Assembly (NCBI GenBank): GCA_964016885.1 | Contig: OZ024740.1 | Span: forward strand, 405,852,001-405,916,000 | Direction: 5' to 3' | DNA length: 64,000 nucleotides | Source: Eledone cirrhosa | Taxonomy: Eukaryota | In this document: piece by piece, positions 50,301 to 63,506 of the stretch | Numbering within the stretch: the first letter of the stretch is position 1 | Layout: the number at the start of each line of letters is the position of its first letter | Translations under genes and position numbers: made by a program | The notes under the pieces: generated by a model | Told to the model about the DNA's origin: nothing | Seen by the model: the letters and a program-made list of their open reading frames with translations, nothing else | Database searches by the model: none

Positions 50301-53300
50301 TATTGGATGTAAGTTTGTCAAAGTCAGTATTAGATGTATGTATGTCACAGCCAGTATTAGATGTATGTATGTCATAGCCAGTATTAGATGTATGTTTGTC
50401 ACAGTCAGTATTAGATGTATGTTTGTCACAGCCAGTATTGGATGTATGTTTGTCACAGTCAGTTTGGATGTGTGTTTGTCACAGCTAGTATTGGATTATG
50501 TTTATCACAGCCAGTACTGGGTGTATGTTTGTTACAGTTAGTATTGGATATATGTTTGTCACAGCCAATATTGGATGTTTGTTCGTCATAGCCAGTATTG
50601 GATGTATGTTTGTCACAGCTTGTATTGGATATATGTTTGTCACAGTCTGTATTGGATGTATGTTTGTCACAGCCAGTATTGAATGTACGTTTGTTACAGC
50701 TAGTATTGGATGTTTTTTGTCACAGCCCATATTAGATGTATGATTGTCACAGCCAGTATTGGATGTATGTTTGTCACAGTCAGTATTAGATGTATTTTGT
50801 CACAGCCAGCATTGGATGTGTCACAGTCAGTTTGGATTTATGTTTGTCACAGCCAGTATTGAATGTATGTTTGTCACAGCTAGTATCGTATGTATGTTTG
50901 TCACAGTTAGTATTGGATGTATGTTTGTCACAGCTAGTATTGGATGTATGTTTGTCACAGTCAATATTGGATGTATGTTTGTCACAGCTTTTATTATATG
51001 TATGTTTGTCACAGCTAGTATTGGATATATGTTTGTCACAGTCAGTATTTGATGTATGTTTGACACAGTTGTATTAGATGTATGCTTGTCACAGTCAGTG
51101 GAGGATGTATGTTTGTCACAGCCTGTATTGGATGTATGTTTGTCACTGTCAGTATTCGATGTGTCACAATCATTATTGGATGTATGTTTGTCACAGCTCA
51201 TATTGGATATATGTTTGTCACAGTCAGTATTGGATGTAAGTTTGTCACAGCCAGTATTGGATGTGTCACAGTGAGAATTGGAGGTATGTTTGTCACAGCC
51301 AGTATTGGATGTGTCACAGCTAGTATTGGATGTATGTTTGTCACAGCCCGTATTGTATGTATGTTTGTCCCAGCCAGTATTAAATGTATGTTTGTCACCG
51401 CCAGTATTGGATGTATGTTTGTCACAGCCTGTATTGGATGTAGGTTTGTCACAGCTAGTATTTTATGTGTCACAGCTTGTATTGGATGTATGTTTGTCAC
51501 AGTCAGTATTGGATGTATGTTTGTCACAGCCATTATTAGATGTATGTTTGTCACAGTCAGTATTGGATGTATGTTTGTCACAGTCAATATTGAAGGTATG
51601 TTTGTCACAGTCAGTATTCGATGTATGTTTGTCACAGCTAGTATTTGATGTATGTTTGTCACAGCTTGTATTGGATGTATGTTTTTTCACAGTCTGTATT
51701 GGATGTATGTTTGTCACAGTCAATATTGAAAGTATGTTTGTCACAGCTAGTATTTGATGTATGTTTGTCACAGCCAGTATTGAATGTATGTTTGTCACAG
51801 TTGGTATCAGATATATGTTTGTCACAGCCAGTATTGGATGTATGTTTGACACAGCCAGTAATGGATGTGTCACAGTCACTATTTGATGTGTGTTTGTCAC
51901 AGTTTGTATTGGATCTTTGTTTGTCACACCCAGTATTGGATGTATGTTTGTCACAGCTAGTATTTGATGTATGTTTGGCAAAGCTAGTATTGGATATATG
52001 TTTGTCACAGTCAGTATTGTAGGTATGTTTGTCACATAAGTATTGGATGTGTCGCAGCCACTTATTGGATGTGTCACAGTTAGTATTGGATGTATGTTTG
52101 TCACAGCTAAAATTGGATGTATGTTTGTGACAGCCAGTATTGGATGTGTCACAGCCAGTATTGGATGTGTCACACTAAGTATTGGATGTATGTTTGTCAC
52201 AGCCAGTATTGGATGTAAGTTGGTCACAGCCATTTTTGGATGTATGTTTCTCACAGCTGGTATTGGATGTATGTTTGTCACAGTCAGTATTGTATGTATG
52301 TTTGTCACAGTCAGTATTGTATGTGTCACAGTTAGTATTGGGTGTATGTTTGTCACAGTCTGTATTGGATCTAAGTTTGTCACAGCCTGAATTGGATGTA
52401 TGTTTGTCACTGCTAGTATTGGCTGTATGTCTGTCACAGGCTGTATTGGATCTGTCACAGTTAGTATTGGATATATGTTTGTCACAGCTAGTATTGGATG
52501 TATGTTTGTCACAGTCAGTATTGGATGTATGTTTGTCAGAGCCAGTATTGGATGTATGTTTCTCACAGCTTGTATTGGATGTATGTTTGTCACAGCTTGT
52601 ATTGAATGTATGTTTGTCACAGCTAGTATTGTATGTATGTTTGTCACAGTTTTTATTGTATGTATGTTTGTCACAGATAGTATTGGATATATGTTTGTCA
52701 CAGTGAGTATTGGATGTATGTTTGTCACAGTTTTTATTGTACGTATGTTTGTCACAGATAGTATTGGATATATGTTTGTCACAGTCAGTATTTGATGTAT
52801 GTTTGTCACAGCTAGTAATGGTTATATGTTTTTCACAGTCAGTATTGGATGTATGTTTGTCACAGTAAGTATTGGATGTATGTTTGTCACAATCAGTATT
52901 AGATGTGTAACAGTCAGTATTGCATATATGTTTGTCACAGCCAGTATTGGATGTTTTTTTGTCACAGCCAGTATAAGATGTATGTTTGTCACAGCCAATA
53001 TTAGATGTAAGTTTGTCACAGCTAGTATTGCATATATGTTTGTCACAGCCAGTATTGGATGTATGTTTGTCACAGCCAGTATTGGATGTATATTTGTCAC
53101 AGCCAGTATTAGATGTATGTTTGTCACAGCCAGTATTGAATGTATGTTTGTCACAGCTGTATTGGATGTATGTTTGTCACAGCTAGTATTGTATGTATGT
53201 TTGTCACAGCCAATATTCGATATATATTTGTCACAGTCAGTATTGGATTTAAGTTTGTCACAGCTAGTATTGAATGTATGTTTGTCACAGCTGGTATTGG

Positions 53301-56300
53301 ATGTATGTTTGTCACAGTCAGTATTGGATGTATGTTTTTCACAGCCAGTATTGGATGTGTCACAGCTAGTATTGGATGTATTTTTGTCACAGCCAGTATT
53401 GGATGTATGTTTGTCACAGCTAGTGTTGCATTATGTTTGTCATAGCTAGTATTGGATGTGTGACAGCTAGTGTTGGATGTATCTTTGTCACAGACAGTAT
53501 TGGATGTATGTTTGTCACAGCTAGTATTGGATGTATGTTTGTCACAGTTAGTATCGGATGTGTTTCTCACAGCCAGTATTGGATGTGTAACAGTCAGTAT
53601 TGGATATATGTTTGTCACAGTCAGTATTGGATGTATATTTGTCACAGCCAGTATTGGATTTATGTTTGTCACAGCCAAAATTGGATGTTTGTTTGTCACA
53701 GCCAGTATTGTATGTATGTTTGTCACAGTCAGTATTGGATGTATGTTTGTCACAGTTAGTATCGGATGTGTTTCTCACAGCCAGTATTGGATGTGTAACA
53801 GTCAGTATTGGATATATGTTTGTCACAGTCTGTATTGGATGTATATTTGTCACAGCCAGTATTGGATTTGTCACAGACAGTATTAGATGTACGTTTGTCA
53901 CAGCCAGTATTGTATGTATGTTTGTCAAAGCTAGTATCGGATGTATGTTTGTCACAGTTAGTATTGGATGTATGTTTGTCACAGCTAATATTGGATATAT
54001 ATTTGTCACAGTCAGTATTGGATGTATGTTTGTCACAGCTTGTATTATAAGTATGTTTGTCACAGCTAGTATTGGATATATGTTTGTCACAGTCAGTATT
54101 GGATGTATGTTTCTCACAGCTAGTATTGGATATATGTTTGTCACCGTCATTATTGGATGTATGTTTCTTACAGCCAGTATTGGATGTATGTTTGTCACAG
54201 CCAGTATTGGATGTATGTTTGTCACAGCTAGTATTGGATATATGTTTGTCACAGTCAATATTGGATGTATTTTTGTCACAGCTTCTATTATATGTATGTT
54301 TGTCACAGCTAGTATTGGATATAAGTTTGTCACAGTCAGTATTTGATGTATGTTTGTCACAGCTTTATTGGATGTATGTTTGTCACAGCTAGTATTGTAT
54401 GTATGTTTGTCACAGCCAATATTCGATATATGTTTGTCACAGTCAGTATTGGATGTAAGTTTCTCACAGCTAGTATTGGATATATATTTGTCACAGACAG
54501 TATTGGATTTATGTTTGTCACAGCTAGTATTGCATTATGTTTGTCACAGCTAGTATTGGATGTGTGACAGCTAGTATTGGATGTATCTTTGTCACAGACA
54601 GTATTGGATGTATGTTTGTCACAGCTAGTATTGCATTATGTTTGTCACAGCTAGTATTGGATGTGTGACAGCTAATATTGATTTATCTTTGTCACAGACA
54701 GTATTGGATGTATGTTTCTCACAGCTAGTATTGGATATATATTTGTCATAGACAGTATTGGATTTATGTTTGTCACAGTCAGTATTGGATGTATGTTTGT
54801 CACAGCCAGTATTGGATGTATGTTTGTCACAGTTAGTATCGGATGTGTTTCTCACAGCCAGTATTGGATGTGTAACAGTAAGTATTGGATATATGTTTGT
54901 CGCAGCCAGTATTGAATGTATATTTGTCACAGCCAGTATTGGATGTGTCACAGTCAGTATTGGATGTATGTTTGTCACAGCCAGTATTGGATCTTTGTTT
55001 GTCACAGCTAGTATTGGATGTATGTTTGTCACAGCCAGTATTGGATCTTTGTTTGTCACAGCTAGTATTTGATGTATGTTTGTCACAGCCAGTATTGGAT
55101 TTTTGTATGTCACAGCTAGTATTGGATGTTTGTTTGTCACAGCCAGTATTGGATGTATGTTTGTCACAGCCAGTATTGGATGTTTGTTTGTCACAGCCAG
55201 TATTGGATGTTTGTTTGTCACAGCCAGTATTGGATGTATGTTTGTCACAGCCAGTAGTGGATGTTTGTTTCTCACAGTTAGTATTGGATATATCTTTGTC
55301 ACAAATGGTATTGGATGTATGTTTGTCACAGCTAGTATTGGATGTATGTTTGTCACAGCCAATATTGGATGTTTGTTTGTCACAGCCAGTATTGGATGTA
55401 TATTTGTCACAGCCAGTATTGGATGTATATTTGTCCTAGCTGGTATTGGATATATGTTTGTCACAGTCAGTATTGGATGTATGTTTGTCACAGTAAGTAT
55501 TGGATATATGTTTGTCAGAGCTTGTATTGGATGTATGTTAGTCACAGTCAGTATTGAATGTATGTTTGTCACAGCCAGTATTGGATGTGTCACAGTCAGT
55601 ATTGGATTTATGTTTGTCACAGCCAGTATTGGATGTGTCACAGTCAGTATTGGATTTATGTTTGTCACAGCCAGTATTGGATGTGTCACAGTCAGTATTG
55701 GATTTATGTTTGTCACAGCCTGTATTGGATGTATGTATGTCACAGTCAGTATTGGATTTATGTTTGTCACAGCCAGTATTAGATGTGTGACAGTCAGTAT
55801 TGCATATATGTTTGTCACAGCCAGTATTGGATGTGTATTTGTCACAGCCAGTATTGGATTTGTCACAGCCAGTATTAGATGTACGTTTGTCACAGCCAGT
55901 ATTGTATGTATGTTTATCACAGCTAGTAACGGATGTATGTTTGTCACAGATAGTATTGGATGTATGTTTGTCACAGCTTGTATTATAAGTATGTTTGTCA
56001 CAGCTAGTATTGGATATATGTTTGTCACAGTCAGTATTGGATGTATGTTTGTCACAGCTAGTATTGGATGTATGTTTCTCACAGCTAGTATTGGATATAT
56101 GTTTGTCACCGTCATTATTGGATGTATGTTTCTTACAGCCAGTATTGGATGTATGTTTGTCACAGCCAGTATTGGATGTATGTTTGTCACAGCTAGTATT
56201 GGATGTGTGACAGCTAATATTGGATGTATCTTTGTCACAGACAGTATTGGATGTATGTTTGTCACAGCTAGTATTGGATATATATTTGTCATAGACATTA

Positions 56301-58157
56301 TTGGATTCATGTTTGTCACAGTCAGTATTGGATGTATGTTTGTCACAGCCAGTATTGGATGTATGTTTGTCACAGTCAGTATTGGATGTATGTTTGTCAC
56401 AGTTAGTATCGGATGTGTTTCTCACAGCCAGTATTGGATGTGTAACAGTCAGTATTGGATATATGTTTGTCACAGCCAGTATTGAATGTATATTTGTCAC
56501 AGCCAGTATTGGATGTGTCACAGTCAGTATTGGATGTATGTTTGTTACAGCTAGTATTGGATGTATGTTTGTCACAGCCAGTATTGGATCTTTGTTTGTC
56601 ACAGCTAGTATTGGATGTATGTTTGTCACAGCCAGTATTGGATCTTTGTTTGTCACAGCTAGTATTGGATGTATGTTTGTCACAGCCAGTATTGGATTTT
56701 TGTATGTCACAGCTAGTATTGGATGTTTGTTTGTCACAGCCAGTACTGGATGTTTGTTTGTCACAGCCAGTATTGGATGTATGTTTGTCACAGCCAGTAT
56801 TGGATGTTTGTTTGTCACAGCCAGTATTGGATGTATGTTTGTCACAGCCAGTATTGGATGTTTGTTTGTCACAGCTAGTATTGGATGTTTGTTTGTCACA
56901 GCCAGTATTGGATGTATGTTTGTCACAGCCAGTATTGGATGTTTGTTTCTCACAGTTAGTATTGGATATATCTTTGTCACAGATGGTACTGGATGTATGT
57001 TTGTCACAGCTAGTATTGGATGTATGTTTGTCACAGCCAATATTGGATGTTTGTTTGTCACAGCCAGTATTGGATGTATATTTGTCACAGCCAGTATTGG
57101 ATGTATATTTGTCACAGCTGGTATTGGATATATGTTTGTCACAGTCAGTATTGGATGTATGTTTGTCACAGTAAGTATTGGATATATGTTTGTCAGAGCT
57201 TGTATTGGATGTATGTTAGTCACAGTCAGTATTGAATGTATGTTTGTCACAGCCAGTATTGGATGTGTCACAGTCAGTATTGGATTTATGTTTATCACAG
57301 CCAGTATTGGATGTGTCACAGTCAGTATTGGATTTATGTTTGTCAGAGCTTGTATTGGATGTATGTTAGTCACAGTCAGTATTGAATGTATGTTTGTCAC
57401 AGCCAGTATTGGATGTGTCACAGTCTGTATTGGATTTATGTTTATCACAGCCAGTATTGGATGTGTCACAGTCAGTATTGGATTTATGCTTGTCACAGCC
57501 AGTATTAGATGTGTGACAGTCAGTATTGCATATATGTTTGTCACAGCCAGTATTGGATGTGTATTTGTCACAGCCAGTATTGGATATGTCGTAGTCAGTA
57601 TTGGATGTATGTTTGTCACAGCTAGTATTGGATATATGTTTGTCAGTCAGTATTGGATGTATGTTTGTCACAGCCAGTATTGGATGTATGTTTGTCACAG
57701 CCAGTATTAGATGTGTGACAGTCAATATTGCATATATGTTTGTCACAGCCAGTATTGGATATGTCGTAGTCAGTATTGGATGTATGTTCGTCACTGCTAG
57801 TATTGGATGTATGTTTGTCACAGCCAGTATTGGATGTATGTTTGTCACAATCAGTATTGGATGTATGTTTGTCACAGCCAGTATTAGATGTATGTTTGTC
57901 ACAGCTAGTATTGGATGTTTGTTTGTCACAGCCAGTATTGGATATATGTTTGTCACAGCCAGTATTGGATGTATGTTTGTCACAGCTAGTATTGGATATA
58001 TGTTTGTCAGTCAGTATTGGATGTATGTTTCTCACAGCCTGTATTGGATGTATGTTTGTCGCAGCTAGTTTTGTATGTATGTTTGTCATAGCCGTATTGG
58101 ATATATGTTTTTCACAGTCAGTATTGGATGTACATTTGTCCCAGCCAGTGTTAGATG
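35326..58157. repeat. About 22.8-kb satellite of 27-bp units (GATGTATGTTTGTCACAGCCAGTATTG) interspersed with 21-bp deletion variants
   Basis: Direct reading; roughly 850-900 units estimated from length. Confidence 0.99.
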
Positions 58158-58436
58158 TGCAGTAAGACGCCTTACGCCCCCGTGTCGGATAATGGACCAG
58201 GCCTAGTTGTTTCCCCTGGTTGAGAACACTATTTAAGTAATCAGCACTATTACTTTCTCAGACAAGCCACGGAGACAGCAAACAGCAGACGGCCTTTGTA
58301 CCACGAAACATCAGACAGCCTTTGGACCACGAGATCACACAGATGTCAATACACTGAACTCCTATGCCGAAGCCACAAGGATAGTGTTGGCCGAGCACTG
58401 GTTCATAACTGACTTCACTTTACTGGTCCCGTCACA
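58158..58436 (+). repeat. 5' LTR (module A, TG...CA, 279 bp)
   Basis: Repeated at 63507-63786 with 7 differences counted by eye. Contains TATTTAA and AATACA. Followed by a PBS. Confidence 0.85.
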
Positions 58437-58437
58437 T

Positions 58438-58453
58438 TGGTGACCCAGACGTG
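58438..58453 (+). promoter_or_regulatory. Primer-binding site, tRNA-Trp (TGGTGACCCAGACGTG)
   Basis: One mismatch to TGGTGACCCCGACGTG, the complement of the eukaryotic tRNA-Trp 3' end. Further PBS-like copies at 58464 and 58763. Confidence 0.85.
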
Positions 58454-59418
58454 GGCGTTACATTGGTGACCCACGACAATTGTAATACGTTGCCTTCATT
58501 TCAACTGATCACGTCTATATTGGTATGTTGTTTCATTTGTAATATAAAAAACACATAATAGACAAAATAAACATCATCCTTATTTACATTGTTGAATATA
58601 ACTCTCGTTGTGGTTATTATCTTGTCTACACACACACCCACTCACTTGTTAGAATTCTATGGAGTACCTATCCTCTCACTTACGAAAATGGTAAATAGAC
58701 GATGGACTTTCCCTCATGTCTATATTGATAAACTATCCAACAAGGATTCTTCATTACCATACTGGTAACCCCGACTAAAGAATTTTACGCAGCCTTTTAT
58801 TAATTTGAACTTAAATATTTCACTGTTATTACCACGTTGCCAACCTTTTCGCAACTTACAAAATTACACAAAAAAAAAAAGACAGAGAAATAATAATGTG
58901 TTTATACGGTATTGACAAAGTATCCAAAAAACCAGCCAAAATTTTTTCCAATATGGCGTTGCTTTTCTCCTCCGTTTTGCAATTTTCCCGCCAGGACAGG
59001 GACATCTTGAATTGCTTGTGTGTGTTCCATATTTGATCAAGAGAAAAACTGTTTTTGTGAACATTACTGCCCCGCTGGGGATACACATGCCTTACTTTTT
59101 TTCTAAGGTATTTTTAGCCACAGGCTACCTATTGTTGATATCCAACGTGGATATATTCTAAAACAAACATTTTTTTTTCTCTTTTTCTCGGGTTATATGA
59201 TTTGTCGTTGAAGCAACACAAGGGGACAGACGTTGAAGGAAAAAAAAAAAATTTTTTAAATATATATATGTACTTTATGTATTTTTGCTATTTCCTAATG
59301 TTTTGAATGTCTGTTTCTTTTTGACCTTTGATTTTTTTTTCCATTTTGGGTGTTTACTTTTCCCTGTACGAGGGAACATTAATTGGTGTTTCTATTTTTT
59401 TTTTTTAGTCGTTTCACA

Positions 59419-60194
59419 ATGAATACGCCACATTTCCCCGCCTTTACCGTAAACCCTAAGCTGTGGTTCGCCCAGCTACAGGCGTATTTTACGGTCTGTA
59501 AGACCGAGTCTGACCAGCGCCTCGCTGTCTTGATTAGCAGACTTCCCCCTAATTAAGCATATTCGGTCCAAGACCTAAATACAGACCCCCCTCTGACTTA
59601 ACGTATGATTCTTTAAAAGGCGAGATCTTGAAAAGGAACTGTAAATCGGTAGAGAGTCGTTTTCGGTTATTGATCGAGGACGAACGACTAGGTGACAGAA
59701 CCCCTACCGCTTTTCTCCGGCATTTGCGGGAATTGAGTGATTCCCAAGACCAGGATAGCCCTTTCCTGAAGCAATTGTTCTTCTCTCGCCTACCTCAAGA
59801 GGTACAGGCGATCCTAGCCCATATGCTAGAGTTAAACACACTCGACCACATTGCCGTCTCTGCCGACAAAATAGTAGAAGTGACGAAGAGAGACACTTCG
59901 AAGCCAAAGTACGTTGCTTCCTCTTCTCTTCCTCAATCACGCTCATCAGCGAGTGATGAGAAGTTGGTCAAAACTATGGAAGCCATGACTCGTCAAATGG
60001 CGGGGTTGTGCCAGGAACTCAGGTCTTTTGGACGGCAGAGGAGCCGCTCACGATCTTATTCAACTCCTCGCCGCCGTAGCCGTTCCAAGTCTTCAAATCC
60101 ATCATATTGTTATTACCATTACAAATATGGTGACAAAGCCGCCCGTTGTAGGCCTCCTTGTGCTTACAAGGGAAACGACGACCAGAGTCACTAA
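59419..60194 (+). pseudogene. gag: gag (disrupted near its 5' end)
   Basis: MNTPHFPAFTVNPKLWFAQLQAYF..., stop at about 59554, then LGDRTPTAFLRHLREL and CYYHYKYGDKAARCRPPC. Confidence 0.85.
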
Positions 60195-63100
60195 CGGCGG
60201 ATAGTGCGCTCTGCGAAACATCATCCAACCGCCACTTTTTTATTGAGGACCTGCTATCAGGTAGAGCCTTTCTGATTGACACAGGTGCAGCTTGTTCAAT
60301 ATGGCCTGTGTGTTGTATGAAGGAGACTCCCCCTGAGTCACCTATTGAATTGCAGGCAGTAAATTGTTCGCCGATTCGAACCTTCGGACAAATCTCGCTA
60401 CCTTTGCAGTTCCGTAATCTGCGGCGTGAGTTTAAATGGATTTTTACTGTCGCTGCCTTGCCGTATCCAATTCTAGGCGCGGATTTTCACCACAATTTTT
60501 CATTGACGGTGGACCTCCGTCGTAAACGCCTAATTGATGACATCACTGGTTTTTCTGTTGTTGGTAAGGCAGCAGGAGTTCCAACGGTTAGCCCGACCTT
60601 TTTTCTTGCTAACACCGGCGATACTTACCATGCGTTGTTGAACCCGTTCCCGCAACTGACTCAGGGAAATTTTCGAGTTGATGAGCCAACTCATACCACG
60701 GAGCACTTCATAACTACAACTGGTGCTCCCGTTTTTTCTCGTCCTCGTCGCTTGCCTCCGGAAAACTCAAAGCAGCACGATCAGAGTTTGATCATATGCT
60801 GCAGTTGGGGATTATTCGTCCGTCCACGAGCCCGTGGGCGTCCCCATTACACATGGTACCGAAAGTGACTGGCGATTGGAGACCTACTGGAGATTATCGA
60901 CGCTTAAAATCCAATAACGGAACCGGACCGTTATCCTATCCCTCATCTGCAAGACTTTGCGTCTTCGTTGCAGGGATGCAAGATATTCTCCAAACTAGAT
61001 TTAATTCGTGCGTACCATCAAATTCCTGTCCATAAAAATGACATTCCAAAAACGGCTATAGTTACGCCATTTGGGTCATTTGAGTTTTTGACCATACCGT
61101 TCGGATTAAGGAATGCCGCTAGTACGTTTCAGCGGTTTATGGATGAGGTTACTCGTGGCCTCAATTTCGTCTATACATATGTTGACGACCTGCTCATTGC
61201 TAGTTCTTCTCAAGAACAACATACGTACCATTTAAATCTTCTTTTCCGCCGATTGAAGGCGTATAACGTGCAGATTAATGCACCCAAATGTGTTTTTGGT
61301 GCTGAGTCACTGACTTTCTTGGGTCACGTCATCAATGCTGACGGTATTCGACCCCGGCCTGAGCGAGTTAAGGTCATAGAGGATTTGCCTCCACCGACCT
61401 CACTACGTCAGTTACGCCAGTTCTTAGGTCTGATTAACTTTTATAAGCGTTTCGTGCCAAATTGTGCGAGATTGCTTTTCTCCCTGACGGAAATTAAAAA
61501 AAATTGTCGGAAGAAGAATACATTTCTTTAACCGAAACTCAACTTGCTGATTTTCAGCACGCCAAAACTGCTTTGGCTAATGCTTCTTTACTGGCTCACC
61601 CGGTACCCGGTGCAAAGCTAACGCTTTGTGTTGATGCATCGGATATCGCTGTGGGCGCAGTGCTACAACAAATCATCAATGGTTACCAGCAACCGCTGGA
61701 GTTTTTTTCCAGAAAATGAAACCTGCTGAGACGCGCTACAGCACCTTTGGAAGGGAGCTTTTAGCCATCTATTTAGCCGTGAAACATTTTTCACATATGC
61801 TAAAGGGTAGACTATTTACTATCCTCACTGACCATAAACCATTAACTTTTGCGTTGAGAGCGAAGGCTGATAAATACTCGCCCAGAGAGACAAAGCACCT
61901 TGATTTCATCTCGCAATATACGAACGATATCCAACACATTCCGGGTTCACTGAATACAGCGGCCGATGCTTTGTCCCGCTTACCCGTGACAGCGATCTCG
62001 TCACCCTCTGACATAGATCTGACTCGTTTGGCTGCGGATCAGCCTCCCCTTGAGTCATTGGATGTTACATCGCTTGAGTTTGAGAATTGCGAGATGAAAT
62101 ACTTGCCTCTGTCGACTGCAGTTGGCCAAATTCTCTGCGACGTCTCTTTGGACGTGCCTAGGCCCTTCGTTCCAGAGAATCATCGTCGGACCGTGTTTCT
62201 GGCATTACATAGTTTCTCACATCCAGGATCTTCTGCCACAGTAAAGCTCATATCAGCTAGATTTTTCTGGCCAAATATGAGGCGTGAAATTGCTGCTTGG
62301 TGCCGTTCCTGCGTCGCTTGCCAGAAATCAAAGGTCCATCGACACGTCAAGGCTCCCCTGGGTACCTTTACTAACCCAGATGCGCGTTTTCGCACATTCA
62401 CATTGATATAGTGGGACCTTGGCCTGTCAGCGACGGTTATTCTTATCTGCTGACTATAGTTGATCGTTTTTCGAGATGGCATGAACCCATCCCCTTGAAA
62501 AACATCACCGCTGAGACAACAGCGCGTGCTCTTGTGTCTGGATGGATCTCTCGTTATGGAGTTCCATCCACAATAACTACCGACCGTGGACGACAGTTCG
62601 AGTCGAACCTTTTCCTCGAACTGTCAAAATTAATTGGTGCTAAACCAATCAGAACTACGGCGTACCATCCCTCTTCGAATGGTATGGTGGAGCGTTTTCA
62701 CCGACAACTGAAGGCCTCCTTAATGGCCTCAATGGACTCCCTATTGTGCTATTAGGGATTCGGTCAACGGTGAAGGTCGACTTTGGATTTTCACCGGCCG
62801 AAGTACTGTACGGTGCCCCTCTGACGATGCCCAAGATCACGCTTCCTACGTGTCCCGTTTGCGCTCCTATTTCCAGGATTTGCCGCCAATGGACACTAGG
62901 AAACAAACTGTCAAGACTGCTGTCCCGAGGGATGTTGCCTCGTGGACGCATGTCTTTGTAAGGAAAGATTCTGTGAAGCCCCCGCTCACACAGCCTTACA
63001 CTGGACCTTACCGTGTCTTAGCGCGCTCGGCTAAGCATTTCACTCTAGATATTAAAGGGTCCAGGGAGACAGTTACAATAGACAGGCTTAATCAGGCACA

Positions 63101-63290
63101 TCTGGACACGGACGCTGTGGTTCCTGATCCACGAACCCCTTCGTATTTGCTTGTTGAGCGAACGCCTGTTCCTGAACCACCATCATCGCCTGTCCCTACA
63201 CCACCACCATCGCCACGTTACAAGACCACGACCCGTTCAGGTCGTAGGGTCCACTGGCCTAAAACATTTTGCAGCACCGTCTATATTTAG
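60170..63290 (+). pseudogene. pol: pol (PR-RT-RH-IN), split by several frameshifts
   Basis: Consecutive ORF fragments 60158, 60796, 60968, 61504, 61716, 62411, 62746 and 62850 carry the domains in order. Confidence 0.93.
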
Positions 63291-63494
63291 ACTGTGTTAG
63301 CTGCACCTTTTTTTTGCTTCTGTGTTTCTGCTTTTTTTTGCCTTTTTTTTATGCATGCATGTTTTTTTAACATTTTTCAAATCCTTATTCTGGATTTAAC
63401 GATTGGTAGAGCGAATAGCTCCCCCTTGTTGCATTGTTCGCCATCTTACTCCACGTGTGAGTAATAACATCGATTTTCGATGATTTGAAAATCT

Positions 63495-63505
63495 GGCAGG
63501 GGATA
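63495..63505 (+). promoter_or_regulatory. Polypurine tract (GGCAGGGGATA)
   Basis: Directly before the TG of the 3' LTR. Confidence 0.7.
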
Positions 63506-63506
63506 C

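Noticed and set aside
35326-58157. CRISPR-like array (also considered for the 26-bp and 48-bp arrays)
   Set aside because: Units are contiguous with no unique spacers, there are no cas genes, and the context is eukaryotic.
35201-58165. Dozens of long ORFs (up to 1270 aa) on both strands
   Set aside because: The 27-bp consensus has no stop in five of six frames. The ORFs overlap in all frames and switch repeat peptide at indels, so they are not evidence of genes.
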